NCBI GenBank assembly: GCA_045536565.1
Contig: JAZSNU010000017.1
Coordinates: forward strand, 1-64,000
Length of the DNA: 64,000 bases
Reading direction: 5' to 3'
DNA from: Clostridia bacterium
GTDB lineage: Bacteria > Bacillota > Clostridia > TANB77 > CAG-465
The stretch's first letter is position 1. Each line of letters opens with the position of its first letter. A model generated the notes under the pieces. The model had not been told where the DNA came from, ran no database searches, and was given only the letters and a program-made list of their open reading frames with translations. This document shows, one piece after another, positions 18,824-28,532 of this stretch. The translations under genes were made by a program, and so were the position numbers.

Positions 18824-21652
18824 TTGGGAAAAATGAAAGTACATGAAATAGCAAAAGCTATGGGACTAGGAACAAATGAGGTTATTGAAAAATTAAAAAG
18901 CATGGGAGTAGAAGTAAAAAGTCATTTATCTACAGTAGAAGAAGATGTAGCTAAAAAGATAATGGCAAGCGGTAAAAATAATGTGTCTAAGTCTTCAGAA
19001 AAAACTTCAAGTAAAGACCCAAAAGACAATAATCCTCATATTATTAGAAGAAAAGTTAAGGTTATAAGTACAGATGCAAAAGGAAATGAAGTGGAAAATA
19101 TAACTACTAAATCTGGAAATAACATAGAAAGAAAAAGTATTGTACACGAAAATACAAATAAAAATGCAGGTTATAGTAAAGAAGGATTAGGTGTAGTTAA
19201 ATCTAATCGTTCAAAAGGTGGATACAACAATTTTAGAAATCAAAATAGATTAAATAATATTGTTGTAACTAAAAATGGTAAACCTATCGAGACTCCTAAA
19301 AAAGAAGAAGTAAATGTTGTTATGGCTCAAAATAAATCTACTGTAAATCATGATAGACAGAATAAAGAAGTAAAACAAGAAAGAGAAGTTAGAGAAAATA
19401 GAGATAACAGACAATTTAATAGAAATAACGACAGAAATAATGGCGAAAGAAGACCATATAATAGAGATAACAATAGACAATTTAATAGAAATAATGATAG
19501 AAATAATAATGGTGAAAGAAGACAATTTAATAATAACGGTCAAAGAAGACCATATAACAACAACCAAGGAAATAGCACTACATATAAAGTAAATCAATAC
19601 ATCAAAGAAGCAAGTCAAGCACCTGTTATCGAAAAAGAAACAAGAGATTACAGCAGTAATGTCCTTATGGATAAAAAGAAAAATACAGTAGAGAGAAATG
19701 GCGAGCAAAGAAGAGAAAAATTAAATAAAAACCAAATGAGAGAAGCAGATACTAGAATGGAATTTAGCAAATTTAGAGGTATGCAAGTAGACTCATCATC
19801 AGATAATATTATGGAATTCTATGATAGAGGAGATTCTGGAAGAAAATATGGTTCTAAAAAGAAAAAAGAAAAGAAACAAATGAATCATACAAAGATTATT
19901 CCTTTAACTGAGGTAACACTTCCAGAAACAATGACTGTAAAACAATTCGCAGAAGCTGTTAAAACACAAGCAGCTGATATAATTAAAAGATTATTCTCTC
20001 TTGGAATTATGGCTACCGTAAACCAAGAAATAGATTTTGATACAGCTTACCTTATAGCTTCTGAAATGGGAATAAATGCAACACAAGAAGTTGTTATAAC
20101 AGAAGAAGATATATTATTCGACGATTCAGAAGATGATATTGAAAATACAGAAGTTAGACCTCCAATAGTAACTGTAATGGGTCACGTTGATCATGGTAAA
20201 ACTTCACTTCTTGATAGAATTAGAAAAGCTAATGTTGTTAGCGGTGAAGCAGGTGGAATTACACAACATATAGGTGCGTATAAAGTAAATATTGATGGAA
20301 ATGAAATAACTTTCTTAGACACACCTGGACACGAAGCGTTTACTGAAATGAGAGCAAGAGGAGCAGAAGTTACAGATATCGTTGTTATAGTTGTTGCAGC
20401 AGACGATGGTATTAAGCCACAAACAAGAGAAGCAATAAGCCATGCAAAAGCAGCAAATGTATCTATAATAGTTGCAATAAACAAAATTGATAAACCTACT
20501 GCAAACATAGAAAAAGTAAAACAAGAACTATTAGAAGCAGAATTAATTCCAGAAGAATGGGGAGGAGACACAATCGTTGTTCCTGTATCTGCTCATACTG
20601 GTGAAGGAATTGATAGCTTGCTTGAAATGATACTTTTAGTAGCAGAAGTAAAAGATTTTAGAGCAAATCCAAATAAACAATCAAAAGGAACAGTAATTGA
20701 AGCAAGACTTGATAAATCAAGAGGTTCAATTGCATCTGTACTTGTTCAAAGAGGAACATTAAACGTTGGAGATACAATTGTTGTTGGTGAAATAGTTGGT
20801 AAAGTTCGTAGCATGACAAATGATAAAGGTGAAAAAGTTAAAACAGCTGGACCATCTACACCAGTAGAAATATTAGGTCTTCCAGCAGTGCCACAAACTG
20901 GTGATATTTTCTATGAAGTAAAAGATGAGAAAACAGCACATAAATTAGTTGAAAAGAGAAAAGCAAAAGCAAGAGCCGACCTTATAAAACAAGGTTCTAC
21001 TGTTACATTAGATGATTTATTTAGTCAAATCAAAGAGGGTGAATTAAAAGACCTTAATATTATATTAAAAGCAGATGTTCAAGGTTCTGTTGAGGCTATA
21101 AAAGATTCTCTTATCAAGCTTTCAAATGATGAAGTTAGAGTTAGAATTATACACAGTGCAGCTGGTGGAATTAATGAATCTGACGTTACACTTGCAAAAG
21201 TATCAGGTGGTATAATAATTGGATTTAATGTAAGACCAGATAGTTTAGCATCAAGTCTAGCAGATAAAGAAAAAGTTGATTTAAGATTATATAACGTAAT
21301 TTATGACGCTATAAATGATGTAGAAGCAGCAATGAAGGGTATGCTTGCACCGAAGTATAAAGAAGTAATGCTTGGAACAGCAGAAATAAGACAAGTGTTT
21401 AAGGCTTCAAATATTGGAACAATTGCAGGATCATACATTACATCTGGTAAAGTTGTAAGAAATGCATTAGTTAGAGTAATAAGAGATTCAATCGTTGTAT
21501 ATGACGGTAAAATAGAATCTGTAAAAAGAGAAAAAGATGATGTAAGAGAAGTAGCAGAAGGATACGAATGTGGTATCAAGATTGAGAAATTTAACGATAT
21601 TAAAGAATTAGACATTTTAGAATGTTATGAAATGCAAGAGGAGCAAAGATAA
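18824..21652 (+). CDS. infB: Translation initiation factor IF-2 (probable TTG start at 18824)
   Basis: [30 protein letters not shown]; GGAGG RBS at 18810. Confidence 0.97.
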   Translation: MGKMKVHEIAKAMGLGTNEVIEKLKSMGVEVKSHLSTVEEDVAKKIMASGKNNVSKSSEKTSSKDPKDNNPHIIRRKVKVISTDAKGNEVENITTKSGNNIERKSIVHENTNKNAGYSKEGLGVVKSNRSKGGYNNFRNQNRLNNIVVTKNGKPIETPKKEEVNVVMAQNKSTVNHDRQNKEVKQEREVRENRDNRQFNRNNDRNNGERRPYNRDNNRQFNRNNDRNNNGERRQFNNNGQRRPYNNNQGNSTTYKVNQYIKEASQAPVIEKETRDYSSNVLMDKKKNTVERNGEQRREKLNKNQMREADTRMEFSKFRGMQVDSSSDNIMEFYDRGDSGRKYGSKKKKEKKQMNHTKIIPLTEVTLPETMTVKQFAEAVKTQAADIIKRLFSLGIMATVNQEIDFDTAYLIASEMGINATQEVVITEEDILFDDSEDDIENTEVRPPIVTVMGHVDHGKTSLLDRIRKANVVSGEAGGITQHIGAYKVNIDGNEITFLDTPGHEAFTEMRARGAEVTDIVVIVVAADDGIKPQTREAISHAKAANVSIIVAINKIDKPTANIEKVKQELLEAELIPEEWGGDTIVVPVSAHTGEGIDSLLEMILLVAEVKDFRANPNKQSKGTVIEARLDKSRGSIASVLVQRGTLNVGDTIVVGEIVGKVRSMTNDKGEKVKTAGPSTPVEILGLPAVPQTGDIFYEVKDEKTAHKLVEKRKAKARADLIKQGSTVTLDDLFSQIKEGELKDLNIILKADVQGSVEAIKDSLIKLSNDEVRVRIIHSAAGGINESDVTLAKVSGGIIIGFNVRPDSLASSLADKEKVDLRLYNVIYDAINDVEAAMKGMLAPKYKEVMLGTAEIRQVFKASNIGTIAGSYITSGKVVRNALVRVIRDSIVVYDGKIESVKREKDDVREVAEGYECGIKIEKFNDIKELDILECYEMQEEQR
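19400..19562 (+). repeat. Imperfect tandem repeat encoding Arg/Asn-rich IF-2 linker
   Basis: [11 protein letters not shown](N)GERR twice plus partial copies; DNA AGACAATTTAATAGAAATAA repeated. Confidence 0.7.
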
Positions 21653-21653
21653 T

Positions 21654-22019
21654 ATGCATAAAATTGATAGATTAGAAGAAGATATAAAATACTATTTAAG
21701 TAGAATTATATCTGAAAAATTAAAAAGTCCTAATATCGATGGTATTATATCTGTAACAGCGGTTAAAGTTACAAAAGACCAAAAATATGCAAAAGTATAT
21801 CTAAGCATATTTAATGCAAAAAATAAATCAGAAGTATTAGAACAAATAAGAAGAGCAAAAGGATATATAAAAAGAGAATTAGGCTTAACTCTTAAAGCAA
21901 GAAATATACCAGAATTAGTTTTTGAAGAAGACGATTCAATGGAATATGGTAGCTATATGACGGAAAAAATAAAGAGCCTAAATATATCTCATAAACAAGA
22001 CGAAGAAATAGAAGAATAA
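21654..22019 (+). CDS. rbfA: Ribosome-binding factor A
   Basis: SVTAVKVTKDQKYAKVY, IPELVFEEDDSMEYG; GAGGAG RBS before ATG 21654. Confidence 0.93.
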   Translation: MHKIDRLEEDIKYYLSRIISEKLKSPNIDGIISVTAVKVTKDQKYAKVYLSIFNAKNKSEVLEQIRRAKGYIKRELGLTLKARNIPELVFEEDDSMEYGSYMTEKIKSLNISHKQDEEIEE

Positions 22020-22051
22020 TTTATATATTAATTATTTAACTAGGGGGAAAT

Positions 22052-23008
22052 ATGGAACAAAATTTTAGGAAAGCATACGAGCTTATTAAAGAAAGTAGCA
22101 GTATATATATAGCATCACATATAAGTCCAGATGGTGATGCTATTGGAAGCACTATGTCTATGTACTTAGCACTAAAAAATATGGGCAAGGATGTACATGT
22201 TATTATACCAAGTTATTCTGATAGATTTGAATTTTTAGCTGAAATCAAATTTGCAGAAGAAAATATAAATGTAGATAGTTATGATTTGTGTATAATAATG
22301 GATAGTTCTACATTAGATAGAGTATCTATATCAGAAGAAGATTTCCAAAAAGCTGGAAAGAAGCTTGTAATAGATCATCACCAGAATTTGAAAATCGATG
22401 CAGATGTAGTTATCTCAAATAGCAAATCGCCTGCAACTTGTGAGATTATATACGAATTTTTTGAAAGCCAAAATATACAAATAGACAAAGACATAGCAAA
22501 GTACATATATCTTGGAATGCTTACAGATACAGGTAATTTTAATTATCAAAATACAACACCTAGAACTCATAGAATAGTTGCAAACCTAATAGAGACAGGT
22601 ATTGATTTTGCATATATATGTAAAATGATAAATGATACTATGAAAGAAGAAAGATTAAAGCTTGTTTCATATGTCATAAACAATATGGAAACATATAAAG
22701 AGGGTAAAATAAAATATGTAAAAGTGCCAAATACCGTAATAACAGAATTAGGCCTAGATGAAGAAGATGCAGAAGGAATGGTTAACTATTTAAGATGCGT
22801 TAAAGGTGTAGATGTTGCAATCTATGCAAGACAGTTAAAAGATGGTACATATAGGGTAAGTATGCGTTCAAATGGTAATGTGGATATATCAAAAGCTGCA
22901 ATACAGCTAGGTGGTGGCGGACATATAAATGCCGCAGGATTTACAGTAAACGAAGAAATAGATAATGTTAAAGATGAAATAATAGAATTAGTAGGAGTGA
23001 ACTTGTAG
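22052..23008 (+). CDS. nrnA: DHH-family phosphoesterase (NrnA-like)
   Basis: HISPDGDAIGS, IDHH, TDTGNF, GGGGHINAAG. Confidence 0.9.
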   Translation: MEQNFRKAYELIKESSSIYIASHISPDGDAIGSTMSMYLALKNMGKDVHVIIPSYSDRFEFLAEIKFAEENINVDSYDLCIIMDSSTLDRVSISEEDFQKAGKKLVIDHHQNLKIDADVVISNSKSPATCEIIYEFFESQNIQIDKDIAKYIYLGMLTDTGNFNYQNTTPRTHRIVANLIETGIDFAYICKMINDTMKEERLKLVSYVINNMETYKEGKIKYVKVPNTVITELGLDEEDAEGMVNYLRCVKGVDVAIYARQLKDGTYRVSMRSNGNVDISKAAIQLGGGGHINAAGFTVNEEIDNVKDEIIELVGVNL

Positions 23009-23887
23009 TTGAAAGTAACAGGAATATTAAACATAAATAAACCGGCAGGAATTACATCTTATGATGTTGTTGATGTTATAAAAAAGATATTTGATGGCTC
23101 AAAAGTTGGACATACTGGTACGCTAGATCCAATAGCAACAGGAGTACTTCCAATAGTTATTGGGGATGCAACAAAGTTATCTGATGAACTAATGGCAGAA
23201 ACAAAAGTATATAGAGTAAAAATGCTACTTGGAGTAGAAACTAATACTTATGATATAACAGGTAGAATTGTATTTGCATCAGTTATTAAAAACGATGAAA
23301 TATATATTAGAGAAAGAATAAAAAGATTTATTGGAAAACAAGAGCAAGTGCCACCTGTATACAGTGCTATTAGGGTAGATGGCAAAAGAGCATATGAATA
23401 TGCAAGGGAAGGCAAAGAAGTAAAATTAAAATCAAGAGAAATTGAAATATATAACATTGACAATATTGCTGTTGATTTAAGAAAAAGAGAAGTAATATTT
23501 GATGTATACTGCACAAAAGGAACTTATGTTAGAAGTTTAGTAAATGATATTGGCAAAAAAATAGGTTGTGGTGCAACTATGGTAGAACTTACTAGACTAA
23601 AAAACGGTAATTTTGATATTAACGACAGCATTTCTTTATATGACTTCTTAAAATTAGATTATGAAGATATGAAAAAACAAGTTGTATCAATAGAAGACTA
23701 TTACAAAGATTTAAAGAAAATATCTTTAAAGAAAGAAGAATACAGCAAATACTTAAATGGAGTAAAATTATCTTTTGATGAACAGGACAAGTTAGTTAGA
23801 GTATATAACGGAAGTAAATATTCTGGTCTTGGTGAAATAAAGGATGGTAAGTTAAAAAGGTATATAGTAGAAAATGAGAGTGTGTAA
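23009..23887 (+). CDS. truB: tRNA pseudouridine(55) synthase
   Basis: KVGHTGTLDPIATGVL, QVPPVYSAI, KGTYVRSL. Confidence 0.96.
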   Translation: MKVTGILNINKPAGITSYDVVDVIKKIFDGSKVGHTGTLDPIATGVLPIVIGDATKLSDELMAETKVYRVKMLLGVETNTYDITGRIVFASVIKNDEIYIRERIKRFIGKQEQVPPVYSAIRVDGKRAYEYAREGKEVKLKSREIEIYNIDNIAVDLRKREVIFDVYCTKGTYVRSLVNDIGKKIGCGATMVELTRLKNGNFDINDSISLYDFLKLDYEDMKKQVVSIEDYYKDLKKISLKKEEYSKYLNGVKLSFDEQDKLVRVYNGSKYSGLGEIKDGKLKRYIVENESV

Positions 23888-23895
23888 ATTAAATG

Positions 23896-23925
23896 AAAAT
23901 TAGTTGCTTTTAGCAGCTGATTTTT
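23896..23925 (+). terminator. Rho-independent terminator after truB
   Basis: AAAATTAGTTGCT / AGCAGCTGATTTT hairpin + T-run. Confidence 0.7.
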
Positions 23926-23935
23926 ATTTATTTGT

Positions 23936-23964
23936 TTGCAATCTTATGTAATATATAGTAAAAT
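23936..23964 (+). promoter_or_regulatory. sigma-A promoter for RNHCP-argS
   Basis: TTGCAA-17-TAAAAT. Confidence 0.6.
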
Positions 23965-23990
23965 ATATATGTTATTTATAGGAGACTTTT

Positions 23991-24308
23991 ATGTTTATAA
24001 AAAACGATAATGAATTTATATGTGTAAATTGTAATAAAAAAGTAGAAAAATTAAAATATACATCAAGAGACCATTGTAATCATTGTCTTCATTCTATACA
24101 TGTTGATGTTTTCCCGGGCGATAGAGCAAACGAATGTAAGGGATTACTTAAACCTATTAATGTAATAGTTGATTCTAAAAAAGGAAAACAAATAGTATAC
24201 AAATGTACTAAGTGTGGCAGGGAAATTAGAAATATAGTGGCTATTGATGATGATGAAAATGAAATATACAAAGTAATTGAAAATTATTCAAGAAATGGAG
24301 GATTCTAA
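23991..24308 (+). CDS. RNHCP-domain Zn-binding protein
   Basis: FICVNC, RDHCNHCLHSIHVD, PGDRANECKG, YKCTKCG. Confidence 0.85.
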   Translation: MFIKNDNEFICVNCNKKVEKLKYTSRDHCNHCLHSIHVDVFPGDRANECKGLLKPINVIVDSKKGKQIVYKCTKCGREIRNIVAIDDDENEIYKVIENYSRNGGF

Positions 24309-26021
24309 ATGCAAAATATAAAAGAAGAGATTGCTGAAAGTATTGCAAAAGCATTAGATAAAGAAACAGCAGAAATAATAGGAAATATTGAAGTTCCAAA
24401 GGATAGTAAAATGGGTGACTTTGCATATCCTTGTTTTAAACTATCTAAGGAGCTTAGAAAGTCACCTGTTATGATTGCAGAAGAATTAAAGGACAAGATT
24501 GAAACCAGTGAAAACATAGATAAAGTAGAAGTAGTATCAGGTTATTTAAATTTCTATGTAAATAATTCAAATGTTGTAAAAGATACTATGACTGATATAT
24601 TATCTAACAAAGAAAAATATTTAGATATAGATGAAGGAAAAGATAAAAATGTTTGTATAGACTATTCTTCACCTAATATTGCTAAACCGTTCCATATTGG
24701 ACATCTCCGTTCAACAGTAATTGGTAATGCGCTATATAACATATACAAGAAATTAGGATACAATGTAATTGGAATAAATCATTTAGGAGATTTTGGAACA
24801 CAATTTGGACTAGTTATTGAAGGATATAAAAGATGGGGAAATGAATATAACTTAGAAGAAAACCCTATAAAATGCTTAGTAGATATATATGTTAGAACTA
24901 ATGAGGCAGCTAAGGAAGATGAAACAATTAAAGATATGGCAAGAGAGAATTTTAGATTGCTTGAAGAAGGCGAAGAAGAAGTAACTGCTTTATGGAGTAA
25001 GTTTAGAGAGCTTAGCCTAAAAGAATATGAGAGAATATATAAAGTACTTGATGTAGAGTTTGATTCATATAACGGAGAGGCTTTCTATAATGATAAAATG
25101 AATGAAATAGTTGATATCTTAGGACAAAAGAATTTACTTGTTCAAAGTGAAGGTGCAACAGTAGTAGAATTAGATGGCTATGAAATACCTTGTATGATAT
25201 TAAAGTCTAATGGTTCTACTACATATACAACAAGAGATTTAGCAGCCGCTTTATATAGAAAAAGAGAATATGAATATGCTAAAAGCATATATGTAACTTC
25301 ATATGAACAATCACTTCATTTTGCACAAATGTTTAAGGTAGCAGAAAACATCATAGGTGAAGATTACGCTAAAAATATGGTACATGTACCTTTTGGTATG
25401 GTGCTTGGAAAAGGTGGTAAAAAAATATCTACAAGAGGTGGCGCTAACCTAACACTAGAAGAAATATTAAATGAGGCTATTGATAAAGCAAGAAGCATAT
25501 TAGAAGAAAAAGGAAAGGCAACTGATAATATAGATGAACTTGCAAGACAAATTGGTGTTGGTGCAATTATATTTAATGACCTTAAAAACAATAGAATAAA
25601 AGACGAAATATTTAACCTAGATGATATGCTAAAATTTGATGGAGAAACAGGCCCTTATGTTCAATACATGTTTGTAAGAACAAATAGTATATTGGAAAAA
25701 GCAAATTTTGATATACAAAATGTAGATATAAATAATGTAGACTTTACTTTGCTTAAAGAAAAAGAAGAAATAGAGCTAATAAAAGCATTGTCAAAAGTAA
25801 AGGAAATAGTTAAACAAGCAGCAGACGAATATGAGCCGTCCGTTATAACAAGATATGTAATAGATATAGCAAGTCTGTTCTCAACATATTACAATGCACA
25901 TCATATAATTGTTGAAGATAATAACTTGATGAATGCAAGACTATGTTTGGTATATGCAACTGGTCTTGTTATAAAAGAATGCTTAGCAATACTTGGAATA
26001 AAATGTCCAGATAAAATGTAA
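24309..26021 (+). CDS. argS: Arginine--tRNA ligase
   Basis: DYSSPNIAKPFHIGHLRSTVIG, NHLGDFGTQFG, GETGPYVQY. Confidence 0.97.
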   Translation: MQNIKEEIAESIAKALDKETAEIIGNIEVPKDSKMGDFAYPCFKLSKELRKSPVMIAEELKDKIETSENIDKVEVVSGYLNFYVNNSNVVKDTMTDILSNKEKYLDIDEGKDKNVCIDYSSPNIAKPFHIGHLRSTVIGNALYNIYKKLGYNVIGINHLGDFGTQFGLVIEGYKRWGNEYNLEENPIKCLVDIYVRTNEAAKEDETIKDMARENFRLLEEGEEEVTALWSKFRELSLKEYERIYKVLDVEFDSYNGEAFYNDKMNEIVDILGQKNLLVQSEGATVVELDGYEIPCMILKSNGSTTYTTRDLAAALYRKREYEYAKSIYVTSYEQSLHFAQMFKVAENIIGEDYAKNMVHVPFGMVLGKGGKKISTRGGANLTLEEILNEAIDKARSILEEKGKATDNIDELARQIGVGAIIFNDLKNNRIKDEIFNLDDMLKFDGETGPYVQYMFVRTNSILEKANFDIQNVDINNVDFTLLKEKEEIELIKALSKVKEIVKQAADEYEPSVITRYVIDIASLFSTYYNAHHIIVEDNNLMNARLCLVYATGLVIKECLAILGIKCPDKM

Positions 26022-26047
26022 TAGAAAATACAAGCTAAATAAATTAG

Positions 26048-26074
26048 AGAGCCCTAGTGTAATACTAGGGTTTT
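26048..26074 (+). terminator. Rho-independent terminator after argS
   Basis: AGAGCCCTAGTG / TACTAGGGTTTT. Confidence 0.75.
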
Positions 26075-26109
26075 AATTTAATATATAAAACAAAAAGCAT
26101 AAAAAAAGG

Positions 26110-26138
26110 TATACATAATTTTAAAAACATGATATAAT
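26110..26138 (+). promoter_or_regulatory. sigma-A promoter of toxin locus
   Basis: TATACA-17-TATAAT with TG extension; AGGAGG RBS downstream. Confidence 0.6.
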
Positions 26139-26194
26139 ATACAACATAGGTATAAATAAATACAAATAATAATTTAAATGTAGGAGGTAATATT

Positions 26195-28228
26195 ATGTCT
26201 AAAAAAATTTTGTCAATGGTATTATGTGTATGTATGTTAGTTACTATATTGAGTAATGATTTAGCAAGTATTACAGTACATGCTTTTTCAAATTACAAAG
26301 TAGTAACAACGGAAAATACAACAATACGTAAAGATTGTTATCAGGACAGCAAAAAGGTAAAGGATGTAAAACAAGGAACAACATTAACAGTAACAGGAGA
26401 AAAGAAAAACAAGTATGATAACTTGTGGTACAAGGTAGATGGTGGTTACATTTTTAGTGGAAAGGTTAAAGACAAAGTTTCGACAAAAAGTGCAACTTAC
26501 CAAGTAATAGCAACTGAGAATGCAAAGATAAGAAGCAGCTACTATGAAACAGCATCAGTATCACGAAATGTGGCAAAAGGTGAAGTTTTAAAAATATCGC
26601 AAGAAGTTACTAATAAGTATGATAATCTGTGGTATAAAGTAGATGGTGGCTATATTTATAGCGGAAGAGTTAAAGAGTATGTCGTTTATAAAGATGTAAA
26701 TTTTGGCGTAATTGCAACTCAGGATACAACAATAAGGAAAGGGTTTTATGATTCAACTTCTGTTGTGCGGAATGTAAAAAAAGATGAAGTTTTTAAGGTT
26801 ACGCAAGAAATTACAAATAAATATGGCAACTTATGGTATAAAGTTTCAGACGGTTATATTTATAGCGGAAAGGTAAAAGATTATACCACTACTAAGGATG
26901 CATCATATAAAGTAATAACAAAACAAGATGCTGTTATACGAAATGGTTTTTATGAAACTGCATCAGTATCGCGAAATGTGAAAAAAGGCGAAGTTTTAAA
27001 AGTATCGCAAGAAGTTATCAACAAATATGGTAATTTGTGGTTTAAGGTAGATGGTGGCTACATTTATAGCGAAAGAGTTAAAGAAAATGTAAAAACAGTT
27101 GAGGCCTGCTATAACTTAGTAGTAACCAAGGATGCACCAATAAGGCAAGGATATTATGAAATAGCAAATGTTGTACGGAATGTAAAAAAAGGAGCAACTT
27201 TAGAAGCTAATGGTCAAATTACAAACAAATATGATAACGTTTGGTATAAAGTAGATGGTGGATATATTTATAGCGGTAATGTATCTTTATCAACTGCAAA
27301 TATTGATAAAAATCAAGCAGCAGTAAATAATTTCGGTAAAATTGACCCTGCTATAAATAGTGAGCTACTTACAAATTCGCCAGTTACAGGCCAAAAATAT
27401 GACATGAAAACAGGTAAAGTCGTAGACTTTTCTGACCTTGAAAAAATGAGTATTGAAGAATTTTCAAATACAGCTCATACTACATTAGATGTATGTGGTC
27501 TTGTTCCAGCAGCAGGTGCTTATTGTGATGGTGTGAATGTTGCATATTATTTAGTAGAAAGAAAATGGGCAGAAGCATTTTTTTCAGGCATCGCTTTAAT
27601 TCCTATTGTAGGGATTGTATCAACTAGTGGAAAATTTATTGCAAAAGCAAAGAAAGTGTCTGTTGTTGCAAGTAAAGTTGATAATGTTGCAGATGATGTA
27701 GCTAAAGAAGTAGTAGAAGAAGTAGTAGAGAAAAGTGCGAAAAAGGTAATAATAAAAAACCTTGATAATGTCACACCTGTTGCTAAAAACATTTTAGAAA
27801 ATAGTGATGATTATTCAAAGTCCACTTTGAAATCTATTAAGAAAATTTCAGAAAACAAGAAACTTAATATTTCAGAAGTTTTTTATGGTGACGATTTATT
27901 ACTTACTAATAAGTGTAAATCAAAAGTTACATCAAAGGCCAATCTGAAATATCATTTAACCGAAGGGGAAAACACGATAGACCATATAATTTTTAGACAT
28001 GCAGCTGATTCAACAGAGGATGCTAGTAAATTTATGGTTAAAGGTGAAGATGTATTTGATGTTATCGATGATGTTGTTGTAAACGGTCAAGAATATCTTA
28101 GTAAACCTTCAAGAGGTAAAATTCAAAAAGAATTTTACGCTAATAAGGTAATTGGCACCAAAGGCGAGACTAAATTAAGAGTTATAATGGAAGACGGTTA
28201 TATTGTTACTGCCTTCCCAATAAAATAG
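26195..28228 (+). CDS. Secreted polymorphic-toxin-like protein: signal peptide, 5 SH3/GW-like repeats, pre-toxin linker, putative C-terminal nuclease
   Basis: Signal peptide ending VHA; five 68-aa repeats; HTTLDVCGLVP..G..CDG.N..YY..E...A......IP.VG linker typical of polymorphic toxins; tip HIIFRH..SKF..RVI..GYIVTAFP. Confidence 0.75.
   Translation: MSKKILSMVLCVCMLVTILSNDLASITVHAFSNYKVVTTENTTIRKDCYQDSKKVKDVKQGTTLTVTGEKKNKYDNLWYKVDGGYIFSGKVKDKVSTKSATYQVIATENAKIRSSYYETASVSRNVAKGEVLKISQEVTNKYDNLWYKVDGGYIYSGRVKEYVVYKDVNFGVIATQDTTIRKGFYDSTSVVRNVKKDEVFKVTQEITNKYGNLWYKVSDGYIYSGKVKDYTTTKDASYKVITKQDAVIRNGFYETASVSRNVKKGEVLKVSQEVINKYGNLWFKVDGGYIYSERVKENVKTVEACYNLVVTKDAPIRQGYYEIANVVRNVKKGATLEANGQITNKYDNVWYKVDGGYIYSGNVSLSTANIDKNQAAVNNFGKIDPAINSELLTNSPVTGQKYDMKTGKVVDFSDLEKMSIEEFSNTAHTTLDVCGLVPAAGAYCDGVNVAYYLVERKWAEAFFSGIALIPIVGIVSTSGKFIAKAKKVSVVASKVDNVADDVAKEVVEEVVEKSAKKVIIKNLDNVTPVAKNILENSDDYSKSTLKSIKKISENKKLNISEVFYGDDLLLTNKCKSKVTSKANLKYHLTEGENTIDHIIFRHAADSTEDASKFMVKGEDVFDVIDDVVVNGQEYLSKPSRGKIQKEFYANKVIGTKGETKLRVIMEDGYIVTAFPIK
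26285..27290 (+). repeat. Five tandem 204-bp (68-aa) repeats
   Basis: NKY(D/G)N(L/V)W(Y/F)KV..GYI motif starts at 26408, 26612, 26816, 27020 and 27224 (exact 204-bp period). Confidence 0.9.
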
Positions 28229-28238
28229 GAGGTAAATT

Positions 28239-28469
28239 ATGGCAATGTGTGAAGTTTGTCTTTCTACTGATATGGTAAAAGGAACAACGAAAGATACTAA
28301 AAAAGAGCTTGTAATTTGTAAAGAATGTTACAGCATATACGAGCTTGATAATAATGGCAAACTTGTAGTAAATCATGACCCAAACGATAAAAAGTATTTT
28401 AAAAAGTTAAAAAAACTATTTAAAAGTTGGGACAATATGGAAAATGTAGTTCCATACAAAGCAGGGTAA
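28239..28469 (+). CDS. Small Zn-ribbon (CxxC...CxxC) protein, candidate immunity protein
   Basis: CEVC and CKEC; AGGAGG RBS overlaps the toxin stop codon; no signal peptide. Confidence 0.65.
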   Translation: MAMCEVCLSTDMVKGTTKDTKKELVICKECYSIYELDNNGKLVVNHDPNDKKYFKKLKKLFKSWDNMENVVPYKAG

Positions 28470-28474
28470 AAATA

Positions 28475-28497
28475 GGGGTAAGGTTATCCCTTACCCC
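28475..28497 (+). other. GC-rich intercistronic hairpin without U-tract
   Basis: GGGGTAAGG-TTATC-CCTTACCCC. Confidence 0.6.
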
Positions 28498-28532
28498 ATA
28501 ATCTCACTAATAATTATTAAGGAGGAAATGTA

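Noticed and set aside
26285-27290. Regularly spaced repeats as a CRISPR array or DGR template
   Set aside because: The 204-bp period is in frame, divergence is codon-like, and no cas or reverse transcriptase gene is present
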